Shown here one piece after another: positions 9,649 to 18,723 of a DNA stretch of 64,000 nt. The notes under the pieces are model-generated. The model saw nothing but the letters and a program-made list of their open reading frames with translations. It made no database searches and was not told the DNA's origin. The stretch's first letter is position 1. Each line of letters opens with the position of its first letter. Source of the stretch: Aquificaceae bacterium (GTDB taxonomy: Bacteria > Aquificota > Aquificia > Aquificales > Aquificaceae); assembly GCA_037925075.1 (NCBI GenBank), contig JAXSNR010000001.1, forward strand, positions 128,001-192,000, written 5' to 3'. Made by a program: the position numbers and the translations under genes.

Positions 9649-11150
9649 AAAGGTGGATGTTGATTATCTTATTTATACTTTTAATTCCTCTTTCAACCTA
9701 TGCCTTTGAGCTTATTCCTATAGCCCAGTTTAGAGGGGTTAGAGCTATTATTTTGAAAGAGGGTGTTGGTTATTACTATGAAAAAACAAGACCACCTACA
9801 GAAGATGAAGTGAAGAAGAGGCTTGAATGGTTTGAGCAAGAATGGGAAAAATTGAAGGAAAAAGAGCCAGAGTTTGAAAAGGCACTTTCAGAAGGGGAAA
9901 AAAAGTTTAAAGAAGAGCTATCAAAGAGAAAACCACCTACATTTCTTAGGGACTTTTTCATGTCCGTTTTTCCACTGTTTAGACTTATAGCAAAAGAAGG
10001 TATGAAAATGGCAGAACCACTTGCCAAGAATTATTTTACAAAAGCACCAGTTGTGGTTGAGGCAGGGTTTGTGATTAAAAGGTTTGATGGCTCTTCTTAC
10101 AATTTAAAAATAGATTTTCATGAAGAGGAATGGAAGAGAATGCCCTCCGAAGGAATTTATCCTATTTCCTCCTCAGATGGAAGGTATTTGGCTTTAATGA
10201 CTGAGAGCGATTTTGGAAGGATAAGGGTTTTTAGAATAGAAAAAGAAAAGCTTGAACCCATTTTTGAGGTAGTTGGCTCAACACCCTTTGCCTTTTCTCC
10301 AAATGGAGAATACTTTTCCTATGCATCACCAAACAGATCACACATGCTTGTAGTAGACAAAGAAGGTAATCCTATAAGAAATATCCCTATAAGCTATAAA
10401 ATAGCAGGAAAAAAGGAAGATATAGGACCTATCAGAATAGCTCTTAGTGAAAGCTATCTTGGAATTGTGAGCTGGATTGGGATAAAACGTGTTGACCTAA
10501 AAAGTGGTGAAGAAAAAGAAGTTCGCCTTAGGGGTGGAAAATCCATTGTGTTTAATAGAACTGGAGACAGAATATATGCAAACAGTGTTGGCGGTGAAGT
10601 GTTTATCTATGACCTAAAAAGCTTAAACCTTATAAAAAAGTTGGACCCTTTCTATCTTAGAAAACGTGGGGTTTATATACAATACATAGCTTCCATTTCA
10701 CCTGAGGAGAGATTTATAGCGGTATTGTATGATCCCTCAAGCTATGATGATAAAGCGCCTCTTGAAACAAGCACCCTTTTAATTTATGACTTAGAAAGTG
10801 ATAGAGTGATAAAAAGGGTTGAGAATTTAGAAAGTATAACTGGTGGTTTTGGAGGTGTCTTTTTACCAGTTTCTTTTACAGAGGATTGGAGTTATGTATT
10901 GCTATCAAGAAAAGGAAACGTGGTTGAGCTTTATAAAATTAAAGGGGATTATGTAAAATCCGGAAAAAAGTTTTGTCAAAGTGATTCCGATTGTGTCTGT
11001 GGAATTGATAAAGAAACAGGAGAGTGTGCCTTTGGGAATAAGGAATTTATTGATACTTCTAAACAATGTCCAGATTTTTGCACTGGTATTCATGGAGGAT
11101 TCCGGATAAGATGTGTTTATAACCTTTGCAGACCAGTGCTTATTAAATAA
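9645..11150 (+). CDS. Secreted WD40/beta-propeller-like protein with C-terminal 8-cysteine domain
   Basis: Signal peptide; repeats such as SSDGRYLAL, FSPNGEYFSY, FNRTGDRIY, ISPEERFIA; C-terminus CQSDSDCVC...C...C...C...C...C. Confidence 0.65.
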   Translation: MKRWMLIILFILLIPLSTYAFELIPIAQFRGVRAIILKEGVGYYYEKTRPPTEDEVKKRLEWFEQEWEKLKEKEPEFEKALSEGEKKFKEELSKRKPPTFLRDFFMSVFPLFRLIAKEGMKMAEPLAKNYFTKAPVVVEAGFVIKRFDGSSYNLKIDFHEEEWKRMPSEGIYPISSSDGRYLALMTESDFGRIRVFRIEKEKLEPIFEVVGSTPFAFSPNGEYFSYASPNRSHMLVVDKEGNPIRNIPISYKIAGKKEDIGPIRIALSESYLGIVSWIGIKRVDLKSGEEKEVRLRGGKSIVFNRTGDRIYANSVGGEVFIYDLKSLNLIKKLDPFYLRKRGVYIQYIASISPEERFIAVLYDPSSYDDKAPLETSTLLIYDLESDRVIKRVENLESITGGFGGVFLPVSFTEDWSYVLLSRKGNVVELYKIKGDYVKSGKKFCQSDSDCVCGIDKETGECAFGNKEFIDTSKQCPDFCTGIHGGFRIRCVYNLCRPVLIK

Positions 11151-11161
11151 ATAAAGGGGAG

Positions 11162-11473
11162 TTGAAGATGGAAGAGAAGAAGGTAAATCCTATAGCGGTT
11201 CTGTGTTATGTGGGGATCCTTGTTTTGATCCCTCTTTTAGTGGAAAAGGAAGACGAATTTGTAAGGTTTCATGTAAGACAGGGATTAGTCCTGTTCATTT
11301 GTGAGGTGGCTACCATGCTAATTGGTTGGTTTCCTATAATCGGTTGGTTAATAAGCTTTATAGGTTTCTTCATTTGGATAATCCTTAGCCTTATTGGGAT
11401 TATAAATGTACTAACTGGCAAGACCAAACCATTGCCTTTAATTGGAGGGTACGCCCAAAAGTTTAAAATTTAA
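11162..11473 (+). CDS. DUF4870-like membrane protein
   Basis: [26 protein letters not shown] pattern; 3 TM segments. Confidence 0.75.
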   Translation: MKMEEKKVNPIAVLCYVGILVLIPLLVEKEDEFVRFHVRQGLVLFICEVATMLIGWFPIIGWLISFIGFFIWIILSLIGIINVLTGKTKPLPLIGGYAQKFKI

Positions 11474-11477
11474 ATTC

Positions 11478-13010
11478 ATGCGTGAGGTAATCTTTGAAAA
11501 GGGCATAAGGCACACCGCCCACGGGCTAAACTTCTATATGACCTACTTTGACGATGTGGCAAAGGTTCTACCAAGAGAAGCCTACTGCTTTATTGTGGGT
11601 GGGTGGGTAAGGGATAGGATTTTGGGTGAGCCTGTGGGCTATCACATAGATGTGGACCTTTTGGTGACCTGCGACCCAAGAGAGGTGGCAAAAAGGCTTG
11701 CGGAAAGGATAGGGGGCTCTTACTTTGAGTTTGAAAAGAAGGGGCTTTTTATAAAAAGACCCACAATAGCAACAGTGGTCCTAAGGCTTGGTCCTTACAA
11801 ATACCGCTTTGACTTTGCCCAGATAAAGGGAAGAGACTTAGAAAAGGCTTTGGTGGAAGACCTACTTTCAAGGGATTTTACCGCCAACGCCATGGCGGTA
11901 AGCATAGATGACGTGCTTAGCATAGGTGCAAAGCAAACCTTGATATACGACCCAGCACACGGAGTGGAGGACTTGGAGCAGGGGCTTTTGAGACCCGTAT
12001 CTTTGAAAAACCTTGAGGAAGACCCTGTGAGAATACTCAGGGGCTTTCGCCTTGCGGTGGAAAAAAGGCTTGAGCTTACAGAAGACTTTTATGAGTTTGT
12101 AAGGGAAAAGGGGAGCCTTATAAGGAAGGCTCCACCTGAAAGGATTACCCTTGAGCTTTTTAAGGTCTTGAGACAGCCAGAAGGCTATAAGGTTCTAAAA
12201 AAGTTATACCAGTATGGGCTTTTACAGGTGCTTTTCCCAGACACCGCCCGATGGAAGGAGATAAAAGACCAGGGAGAGCATCACATCTACCCTTTAGAGG
12301 AGCATGTTTTTAAGGTCTTGGAAGCTCTTGAGAAGGTAATCCAAGAAAGGGACAGATACCTACCTGCGGAACTTCTGGAAAACTTTGGTAAGACGGAAGT
12401 GCACGGTGAATTCTCCGATGTGGAGCTTTTGAAACTTTCCGCACTCTTTCACGATATAGCCAAACCTCACACCTTTGAGATAAGGGAAAACAAGATAACC
12501 TTTTACAACCACGATAAGCTCGGTGCTGAACTGGTAAGAGGTTATGGGAAGGCTTACAAGTGGGGTGAGACCGCCACGGAGTTTATAGCAAAGCTTGTAA
12601 GGGAACACCTAAGACCCTTTTATCTTAGAGAGTCCCTCTTCAAAGGACAGCTTACAGACAGGGGTAGGGCAAACTTTTGGAGGGAATGCGGAGATATAGC
12701 ACCTTATCTTTTCTTGCATGCCATGGCGGATGCCATAGGTAGCGGTGATGAGGAGGTGGAGATAAAAAGACTTCTTGAGACCATCCATGATCTGATAAGC
12801 TTCAAAAGGGAAAAACTTTCAAAGGTGCCTATGAAGGCTTTACTTGATGGGAAGGAGATAATGCAAGCTCTTGGCTTAAATCAGGGTCCTATTGTGGGAA
12901 GGATAAAAAAAGCATTAGAAGAAGCCCAGCTTGAAGGCAAGGTAAAAACCAAGGAAGAAGCCCTTGAGTTTATCAAATCTTACTACGAAAGCCTGAAAGA
13001 ACAAGCATAG
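11478..13010 (+). CDS. CC-adding tRNA nucleotidyltransferase (class II, HD domain)
   Basis: [40 protein letters not shown]; resembles the approx. 510-aa Aquifex CC-adding enzyme as I recall it; ATG at 11478 preferred. Confidence 0.85.
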   Translation: MREVIFEKGIRHTAHGLNFYMTYFDDVAKVLPREAYCFIVGGWVRDRILGEPVGYHIDVDLLVTCDPREVAKRLAERIGGSYFEFEKKGLFIKRPTIATVVLRLGPYKYRFDFAQIKGRDLEKALVEDLLSRDFTANAMAVSIDDVLSIGAKQTLIYDPAHGVEDLEQGLLRPVSLKNLEEDPVRILRGFRLAVEKRLELTEDFYEFVREKGSLIRKAPPERITLELFKVLRQPEGYKVLKKLYQYGLLQVLFPDTARWKEIKDQGEHHIYPLEEHVFKVLEALEKVIQERDRYLPAELLENFGKTEVHGEFSDVELLKLSALFHDIAKPHTFEIRENKITFYNHDKLGAELVRGYGKAYKWGETATEFIAKLVREHLRPFYLRESLFKGQLTDRGRANFWRECGDIAPYLFLHAMADAIGSGDEEVEIKRLLETIHDLISFKREKLSKVPMKALLDGKEIMQALGLNQGPIVGRIKKALEEAQLEGKVKTKEEALEFIKSYYESLKEQA

Positions 13011-13653
13011 CCCTGTGTATAAGAAGGGGATCATATAGACCTAACTCTTCAAAAAGCCACCCGTCGCCACCTGTGATAAGGAGCTTTAGGTCTTTTTTGT
13101 ATATATCACTCCAAGTTTTTAAACAGCCCATCAAAAAGTGTAAAGCTTGATTTATAAAGCCACCAAGGATGGCACCTTTTGTATCTTTACCTATCTGTAC
13201 AGAAAGCTTTTGAAGTTTGAGCTTTGGTATAAGTTCAGCTTTTTGCGACAGGCATTCAAGCCCAGCACCCACACCAAGGGTTATAAAACCACCTTGAAAC
13301 ACACCATTCACCACAAGGTCTATAACCGTCGCTGTGCCAAAGCTTGCCACCACCACATCCTTGTAGTAGAGCTTAACCGCACCGTAAAGGTTCAAAAGCC
13401 TGTCTATGCCCACTTTTTCCTTTCCTTCAAAGGCGGTCTCAATAGGCACATCTTCAGCCCTTATAAACCTTGCATGGGGGTATTTTTCTTTTATAAGGTG
13501 GTTGGCGGAAGGTTTAACAGAGGACACAAGCACAAGGTCTGCCTTCAAAAGGGGGATCTCATAGTGTTTGAACTTGCCAATGTACTCCAAAGAGCCATCA
13601 AAAAGGCATACATCTACCGATGTGTTGCCCACATCAAGGGTGATAACTTTCAC
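12973..13653 (-). CDS. coaX: Type III pantothenate kinase
   Basis: [31 protein letters not shown] start at 13653 inferred. Confidence 0.9.
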   Translation of the reverse strand: MKVITLDVGNTSVDVCLFDGSLEYIGKFKHYEIPLLKADLVLVSSVKPSANHLIKEKYPHARFIRAEDVPIETAFEGKEKVGIDRLLNLYGAVKLYYKDVVVASFGTATVIDLVVNGVFQGGFITLGVGAGLECLSQKAELIPKLKLQKLSVQIGKDTKGAILGGFINQALHFLMGCLKTWSDIYKKDLKLLITGGDGWLFEELGLYDPLLIHRAMLVLSGFRSKI

Positions 13654-14533
13654 ACCTTGCACCCTCTTTGGAAGCATCAAGCACCATGTACTTTGAGCTT
13701 ATGCCACATGTTTTGAAGGCTTCCACCATGGCTAAACCCACATCCTCCGCACCATGAGGGCAAAGGCTTGCCACAGAAGGTCCCGCACCACTTAGGAACA
13801 CCGCAACCGCACCCTTTTGGTAGGCACCTTCCACCACCTTCCAAAAGCCCGGCACAAGCTCAGCCCTGTAAGGTTGGTGAAGCCTGTCCTTTACCGCCTC
13901 CTTCAAAAGGTCAAACCTCCTTGAAAGCAAAGCACCCACAAAAAGGGCAGACCTCTGAAGGTTATAAACCGCATCCTTGAGGGAAACCTCTTTTTTTAGC
14001 ACCTCCCTTGCCTTTTGGGTGGAAAGCTCAAAGTCTGGCACGCATACCACCACCCTAAGCTCCTCAGGAAAGTCAAGCCTAAGAAACTTCACATTTTCTT
14101 TAGAGCCTGCACAGATAACAAAGCCACCAAGAAGGGCGGGAAGAAGGTTATCGGGATGAGGTTCAAACTCAAAGGCAATCCTTAGCTTATCCTCAAGGCT
14201 CAAGCTCATGCCATAAAGAGCCTCAAAGGCAAGCAAACCACCCACTATGGCGGTCGCAGAAGAGCCAAGACCTCTACCTGTGGGCACTCTGTTTATCTGT
14301 CTCAGACTTATGGGCTTTTCTGGAACCTTCAAAAGCTCACAGGCTCTTTTATAGACTTTTATGAGAAGGTTCTCTTCGTTTTGTGGAAGGTGGGCACCCT
14401 CACCTTCTATCTCTACTCTATAAGTGCTGGAAAACTCCACAAAAAAGTCGTTATAAAGACTTAGGGCAAGCCCAAAGGCATCAAAGCCAGAACCAAAGTT
14501 GCTGGTGCTTGCAGGAACAGATATGCGAAACAT
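13634..14533 (-). CDS. thrB: Homoserine kinase
   Basis: VPASTSNFGSGFD, PTGRGLGSSA, HPDN, DRLHQPYR, LSGAGPS. Confidence 0.96.
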   Translation of the reverse strand: MFRISVPASTSNFGSGFDAFGLALSLYNDFFVEFSSTYRVEIEGEGAHLPQNEENLLIKVYKRACELLKVPEKPISLRQINRVPTGRGLGSSATAIVGGLLAFEALYGMSLSLEDKLRIAFEFEPHPDNLLPALLGGFVICAGSKENVKFLRLDFPEELRVVVCVPDFELSTQKAREVLKKEVSLKDAVYNLQRSALFVGALLSRRFDLLKEAVKDRLHQPYRAELVPGFWKVVEGAYQKGAVAVFLSGAGPSVASLCPHGAEDVGLAMVEAFKTCGISSKYMVLDASKEGARCESYHP

Positions 14534-14547
14534 GGGAAAAAATTATA

Positions 14548-14581
14548 GCTTAATCAAATCTTAACAATTCACCTATACAAT
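14548..14581 (+). promoter_or_regulatory. Putative Pho box plus -10 element of the P1B-ATPase operon
   Basis: GCTTAAT-CAAA-TCTTAAC (14548-14565), 10-nt spacer AATTCACCTA, TACAAT (14576-14581); spacer matches the pstS spacer at 8 of 10 positions. Confidence 0.7.
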
Positions 14582-14590
14582 TCATAAGGG

Positions 14591-14965
14591 ATGATAGAGC
14601 ATGTGTCCTTAAGAAAAGGTGAGGCAAGGCTCTACTTTTCAAGCATTGCGGAAAAGGAGTTTTTTCTTCATGGTATGAAAGGGATGGAGGGGGTTGTGGG
14701 GGTGGAACACAAGGAGAACATAAGAACAGTCCTTGTAAGGTTTAGGGAGGGAAGCTTTGCTCACTACCTTATTGAAAACTTAAAGGCTAAGAGGGAAAGT
14801 CAGAAGCTGGAGAAGGAGGACTTACACTTCTACCTTCAGCCTTTTCTCAAACATCCGGCGGTTAAGTTGGGCTTTAGTATGGCTCTCCTTGGGTGGAATG
14901 TGGGGCTTATATCCTTTGCAATTTGCAGTATGTTTCTTATGCCATATTTAAAGAACAAACTTTAG
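14591..14965 (+). CDS. HMA-like domain plus C-terminal membrane segment protein (FezC-like)
   Basis: N-terminal ferredoxin-like pattern (GEARLYF..EGVVGVEH..RTVLVRF) and C-terminal TM with GWNVG (GxxxG). Confidence 0.5.
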   Translation: MIEHVSLRKGEARLYFSSIAEKEFFLHGMKGMEGVVGVEHKENIRTVLVRFREGSFAHYLIENLKAKRESQKLEKEDLHFYLQPFLKHPAVKLGFSMALLGWNVGLISFAICSMFLMPYLKNKL

Positions 14966-14975
14966 GAGGTAAGGT

Positions 14976-15290
14976 ATGCTTAACATCAGCGTTCCCAGTA
15001 CAATAGGTGGATGTTTGTCCACCAATATGCTTTTGTATGGCTTTGGTGCCTTTGCAGGGTTTGTGGTGCTTAGCAGGCTTATGAGGGATGCAAGGCCCCT
15101 TCTTGTTTCTGCTACAAAGGAGGTAATTGCCTTTCAGCAGTGGCTTGCGGGAAACCTTGAAGAAGGTAAGGAGTTCTGGGAGGATGTGGTCTCTGAAGCC
15201 AAGCACCAATACAGGCTTGAGGTGGAAAAGAAGTTGGATATCCTACAAAAACAGCAAGAAATCCTACAGAAAATAAAAGAAAGACTTTGA
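14976..15290 (+). CDS. DUF5132/DUF1490-like small membrane protein (FezA-like)
   Basis: Gly-rich TM (YGFGAFAG), then RPLLVSATKE...EFWEDVVSEAK amphipathic helix typical of P1B-ATPase-associated proteins. Confidence 0.6.
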   Translation: MLNISVPSTIGGCLSTNMLLYGFGAFAGFVVLSRLMRDARPLLVSATKEVIAFQQWLAGNLEEGKEFWEDVVSEAKHQYRLEVEKKLDILQKQQEILQKIKERL

Positions 15291-15301
15291 GGAGGTAAAA
15301 G

Positions 15302-15505
15302 ATGAGCAACATAACTTCTTTTTTAGGAAAGGCTCTTTGCTCTGGACCCTTTAGCTTTGCCCTTGGCTTTGGCCTTGGAATGGTTGCCTTTTACATGCTC
15401 GACAGAGTCAAAGAAAAAAGAAGGCTCGAAGAAACCCAGAAGGAAATAGAAGCCCTGGTCAAAGCCCTTGAGCTAAAGCTCCAGCAGGAGAGCAAGACAG
15501 AATGA
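15302..15505 (+). CDS. Small GxxxG membrane protein with coiled-coil tail
   Basis: FALGFGLGMVAF TM, charged C-terminal helix; GAGGAGG SD. Confidence 0.6.
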   Translation: MSNITSFLGKALCSGPFSFALGFGLGMVAFYMLDRVKEKRRLEETQKEIEALVKALELKLQQESKTE

Positions 15506-17586
15506 CCTACAAGGTGGAAAAACTCTTCCCCGGAAGGCTAAGGCTTGTCTCTTACCTTTTCCAGCATCTACACCATCCCGATGAAACCTTAAAGTCCTAC
15601 TTTTCAAGGTTTGGAGGTGTAAGAAGAATAAGCTACTCAAAGGCTTCCGGAAGGCTCACCCTTGAATACGACCCAAAGAGCTTTGACCTTATAGAATTTC
15701 TCAACCACCTTGAAAGCATACCAAGGGATGTTTTCCTTGAAGACCTATCAAGGGAAAAACCAGCCACAAAAAGGGAAGAAGGTAAGGCCTCTCGTTGGCT
15801 TATGCTTAGCACCCTTGGCTTCCTGCCATACATAATGAGAAGCACCCTATCCACGCCTTTCCTTGCGGGGATAACATTGCTTCTTGCCAAGCCCATATTT
15901 GACAAGGCTCTCAGTTCTATTGGAAGGAAAAAACTTGACGTTCATTTTCTTGACTCATCAGCCATAGTTCTGGCAAGCCTTACGGGAAACCCACTATCCG
16001 CACACACTATGGTCTTCCTGCTTGCCCTTGGTGATTATCTTTCAGAGAGGGTTGAAAGGAAAGCCTACGAGAAGATAGAAAAGCTTTTCTCTTACAAAGA
16101 GGACACCGCATGGCTACTTGTTGGCAACGGTCAGGCGGTAAAGGTAAAAGCCATAGACCTAAAAAGGGGTGACCTGATAGCGGTCTATGCGGGAGAGAAG
16201 ATACCGGCGGACGGCTTGGTAGAAGAGGGAGACGCCCTTGTAAATCAAGCATCTTTGACTGGAGAGTCAAACCCTGTTCACAAAAAGGTGGGTGATAAGG
16301 TCTTTGCGGGTACCTTTGTGGAGGATGGAAAGCTTTATGTGAAGGTGGAAGAAGTGGGCGAAGAAACGGTGGTTGCAAAGATAGCAAAAATTGTGGAAGA
16401 GAGTATAAAGGAGCCCATAAGCGTGCAGAAGATGGCAGAAGAAAACGCCAACAGGCTTGTAATGCCCACCATCAACCTTGGCTTGATATCTTATCTACTT
16501 AGCAATCAGGTAAGCAGGCTCACCTCCACCCTTATCATAGACTACCATACGGGAATTCACCTTACAACGCCTCTGACGGTGCTCTCCAGTGTGGCACAGG
16601 CTTCTACCTACGGCATACTCATAAAAAGCGGTGGAAAGCTGGAGGCTCTTTCAAGAGTTGATACCTTTGTAATGGACAAGACGGGCACTTTGACTTTGGG
16701 GTATCCTGCGGTTGAAGATGTAGTAGGTCTGGAAGTGCCAGACGAAGAAGCCCTTTTATACGCCGCTTCCCTTGAGCAAAGAATAACCCATCCCGTAGCA
16801 AGGGCAATAGTAAAGATGGCAGAGGATAAAGATATAGAGCTTTTGCCAAGAGAGAACTCCCAGTATCATATAGGGCTTGGTATAGAAGGGGAGTTAAGCG
16901 GTACAAAATTCATGCTTGGAAGCACTCGCTTTATGCAAAAAAAGAGGATAAGGATAAGTCAAGAGGTAAGAGACCTTGTGGAGAAGTTCCATTCGGAAGC
17001 AAAATCTGTCCTTTACCTTGTTAGAGAAAAGAGAATAGTGGGGCTTCTTACCTTTAGAGACCCACTGAGGCAAGAGGCAAAGGATGTGGTAGCAGAGCTA
17101 AAAAGGAGAGGAAAAAAGGTAGTGCTTTGCACAGGCGACAACGAAGGCGTAGCCAAGTACATGGCAAAGGAGTTGGGCATAGAAGAGTTTTACGCAAGGG
17201 TTTTCCCTGAGGAAAAGGCAAAGGTGATAGAAAATCTTAAAAGGCAGGGTAGGGTGGTTGCCTTTGTGGGGGATGGTGTAAACGATTCACCAGCTCTCTC
17301 TCGTGCGGATGTGGGCATATCTCTAAGAAGTGGAACAGACATAGCCATAGAGGTGGCGGATGTGGTCATAGGAGATAGCCTTTGGCATCTTATCGATGTG
17401 GTAGATATAGCAGAGCATACTATAAAAAGGCTAAGAAGCATATACAGGCTTAATGCTTTAGCCAACACGGTGGGGCTTGTGGGCTCCGCATTGGGTCTTT
17501 TTGGACCCTCTGTATCAACCTTGATAAACAACGGCACCACAGTGCTTTTGGGTTTATATTCAATAAAAAAAACAAAAAGGAGGTGA
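15502..17586 (+). CDS. Heavy-metal-translocating P1B-type ATPase, P1B-6/FezB-like
   Basis: TGES, DKTGT, HP, GDGVND core motifs; N-terminal PGRLRL; DYHTG replaces CPC in TM4; NNGTT in the last TM. Confidence 0.85.
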   Translation: MTYKVEKLFPGRLRLVSYLFQHLHHPDETLKSYFSRFGGVRRISYSKASGRLTLEYDPKSFDLIEFLNHLESIPRDVFLEDLSREKPATKREEGKASRWLMLSTLGFLPYIMRSTLSTPFLAGITLLLAKPIFDKALSSIGRKKLDVHFLDSSAIVLASLTGNPLSAHTMVFLLALGDYLSERVERKAYEKIEKLFSYKEDTAWLLVGNGQAVKVKAIDLKRGDLIAVYAGEKIPADGLVEEGDALVNQASLTGESNPVHKKVGDKVFAGTFVEDGKLYVKVEEVGEETVVAKIAKIVEESIKEPISVQKMAEENANRLVMPTINLGLISYLLSNQVSRLTSTLIIDYHTGIHLTTPLTVLSSVAQASTYGILIKSGGKLEALSRVDTFVMDKTGTLTLGYPAVEDVVGLEVPDEEALLYAASLEQRITHPVARAIVKMAEDKDIELLPRENSQYHIGLGIEGELSGTKFMLGSTRFMQKKRIRISQEVRDLVEKFHSEAKSVLYLVREKRIVGLLTFRDPLRQEAKDVVAELKRRGKKVVLCTGDNEGVAKYMAKELGIEEFYARVFPEEKAKVIENLKRQGRVVAFVGDGVNDSPALSRADVGISLRSGTDIAIEVADVVIGDSLWHLIDVVDIAEHTIKRLRSIYRLNALANTVGLVGSALGLFGPSVSTLINNGTTVLLGLYSIKKTKRR

Positions 17587-17592
17587 AAAGCA

Positions 17593-17862
17593 ATGGAAGA
17601 AAAAAAGGACCTTGCTCAGGAGCTTGAAAAAATCAAGGCGGAGCTTGAGGAGCTTAAGAAAAAGATGGGAGTAGCGGAAGAGGAAAAGAGTCTAAAGGAC
17701 CTTCCTACGGAAGCCCTCTCAAAGGTTATGGAGCTCAGTAAAGAAATAGTAAAGACCACCGCGGAGATAGGCGAGAAGGCTCTAAGGGTTGTAAGGTATT
17801 CCGTTGAGGGTGCGGTAGAAGGCGCAAAGAAGGCACTAAAAGAAGAGGAGAAGAAAGAGTAA
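17593..17862 (+). CDS. Coiled-coil hypothetical protein
   Basis: Strong SD; highly charged helical 89-aa ORF in the same operon. Confidence 0.7.
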   Translation: MEEKKDLAQELEKIKAELEELKKKMGVAEEEKSLKDLPTEALSKVMELSKEIVKTTAEIGEKALRVVRYSVEGAVEGAKKALKEEEKKE

Positions 17863-17864
17863 GG

Positions 17865-18122
17865 ATGAACTTCATAAGGACAAGAAGCGGAAGGTATCTT
17901 AATACTCTCCATATTATATCCCTTTCGGTGGAGGAAGCTAAGATAGAGATAGAGGGGAAAAAGAGGCTGGTTTATAAGGTGGTCGCCTACATGAGCCAGC
18001 CTCTTCTTCCTGCGGTTTTGGGTATTTACTCCACAGAAGAAAGAGCCTTTGAAGTTTTGGAAGATATTATACAAAGGCTTTCAAGGGACGAAAGGGTCAT
18101 ACATGTTGAAAGCGAGTACTGA
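17865..18122 (+). CDS. Hypothetical protein
   Basis: 85-aa ORF tightly packed after the previous gene. Confidence 0.6.
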   Translation: MNFIRTRSGRYLNTLHIISLSVEEAKIEIEGKKRLVYKVVAYMSQPLLPAVLGIYSTEERAFEVLEDIIQRLSRDERVIHVESEY

Positions 18123-18441
18123 AGACTACGAAAGAGAACTAAAGCTACTTGCCCATCATATACAGGAAGCACATAAGGAGCTTTTTAAAAGCATACAAGA
18201 GAACATTCTTCTTGAGGTAGAGCTTCCCGAGGGAGGGGGAGTTAATTTCCTAATAAGCTCCAGTGGCATAAATCTCACCTCCGATGTATCACAAGCCAAA
18301 CACGTGGTAAATGTAAGCTACAGAGATTTAATGAGGCTTGTGGAAAATCCCTCAAAGATAGTTTCTTATGTATTAAAGGGTAGGGTCAGAATAAGGGGAG
18401 ATTACAAAACCATACTCTCCACGCTTCAGAAACTCCTCTAA
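18103..18441 (+). CDS. SCP2 sterol/lipid-binding domain protein
   Basis: VNVSYRDLMRLV..P....VLKGRVRIRGD pattern of the SCP2 fold; ATG at 18103 inferred. Confidence 0.7.
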   Translation: MLKASTEDYERELKLLAHHIQEAHKELFKSIQENILLEVELPEGGGVNFLISSSGINLTSDVSQAKHVVNVSYRDLMRLVENPSKIVSYVLKGRVRIRGDYKTILSTLQKLL

Positions 18442-18644
18442 AAGAGCCTGTTTAGAGCTTTTGTTATAAGGTTTTCCAACAAACCACCCACTACGAAGGA
18501 TTCTATAAGTATAGTCCTGTCCTTTTCGGTGAGAAAAGTGTCCCTTTCGCGTTTTCTGAACTTTTCACCCTTTTTAAGAAGTCTTCTATAACAGTCCTTC
18601 TCCCTCTCTATCTCCTGAATTAGAAGCTCTATCCTTTCCTTCAT
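18438..18644 (-). CDS. 68-aa hypothetical protein
   Basis: ORF directly downstream of its own Pho-box-like promoter. Confidence 0.6.
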   Translation of the reverse strand: MKERIELLIQEIEREKDCYRRLLKKGEKFRKRERDTFLTEKDRTILIESFVVGGLLENLITKALNRLF

Positions 18645-18652
18645 GCTTGGGT

Positions 18653-18686
18653 AGTTTAACTGAAAACTGTTAAGATTTCGTTAAGG
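18653..18686 (-). promoter_or_regulatory. Putative Pho box plus -10 element
   Basis: Minus strand CCTTAAC-GAAA-TCTTAAC (18686-18669), 10-nt spacer AGTTTTCAGT, TAAACT (18658-18653), 8 nt to ATG. Confidence 0.75.
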
Positions 18687-18723
18687 ATTTCCCCTTACCC
18701 CTTTGTTTCCGAAAAGCACAAGA

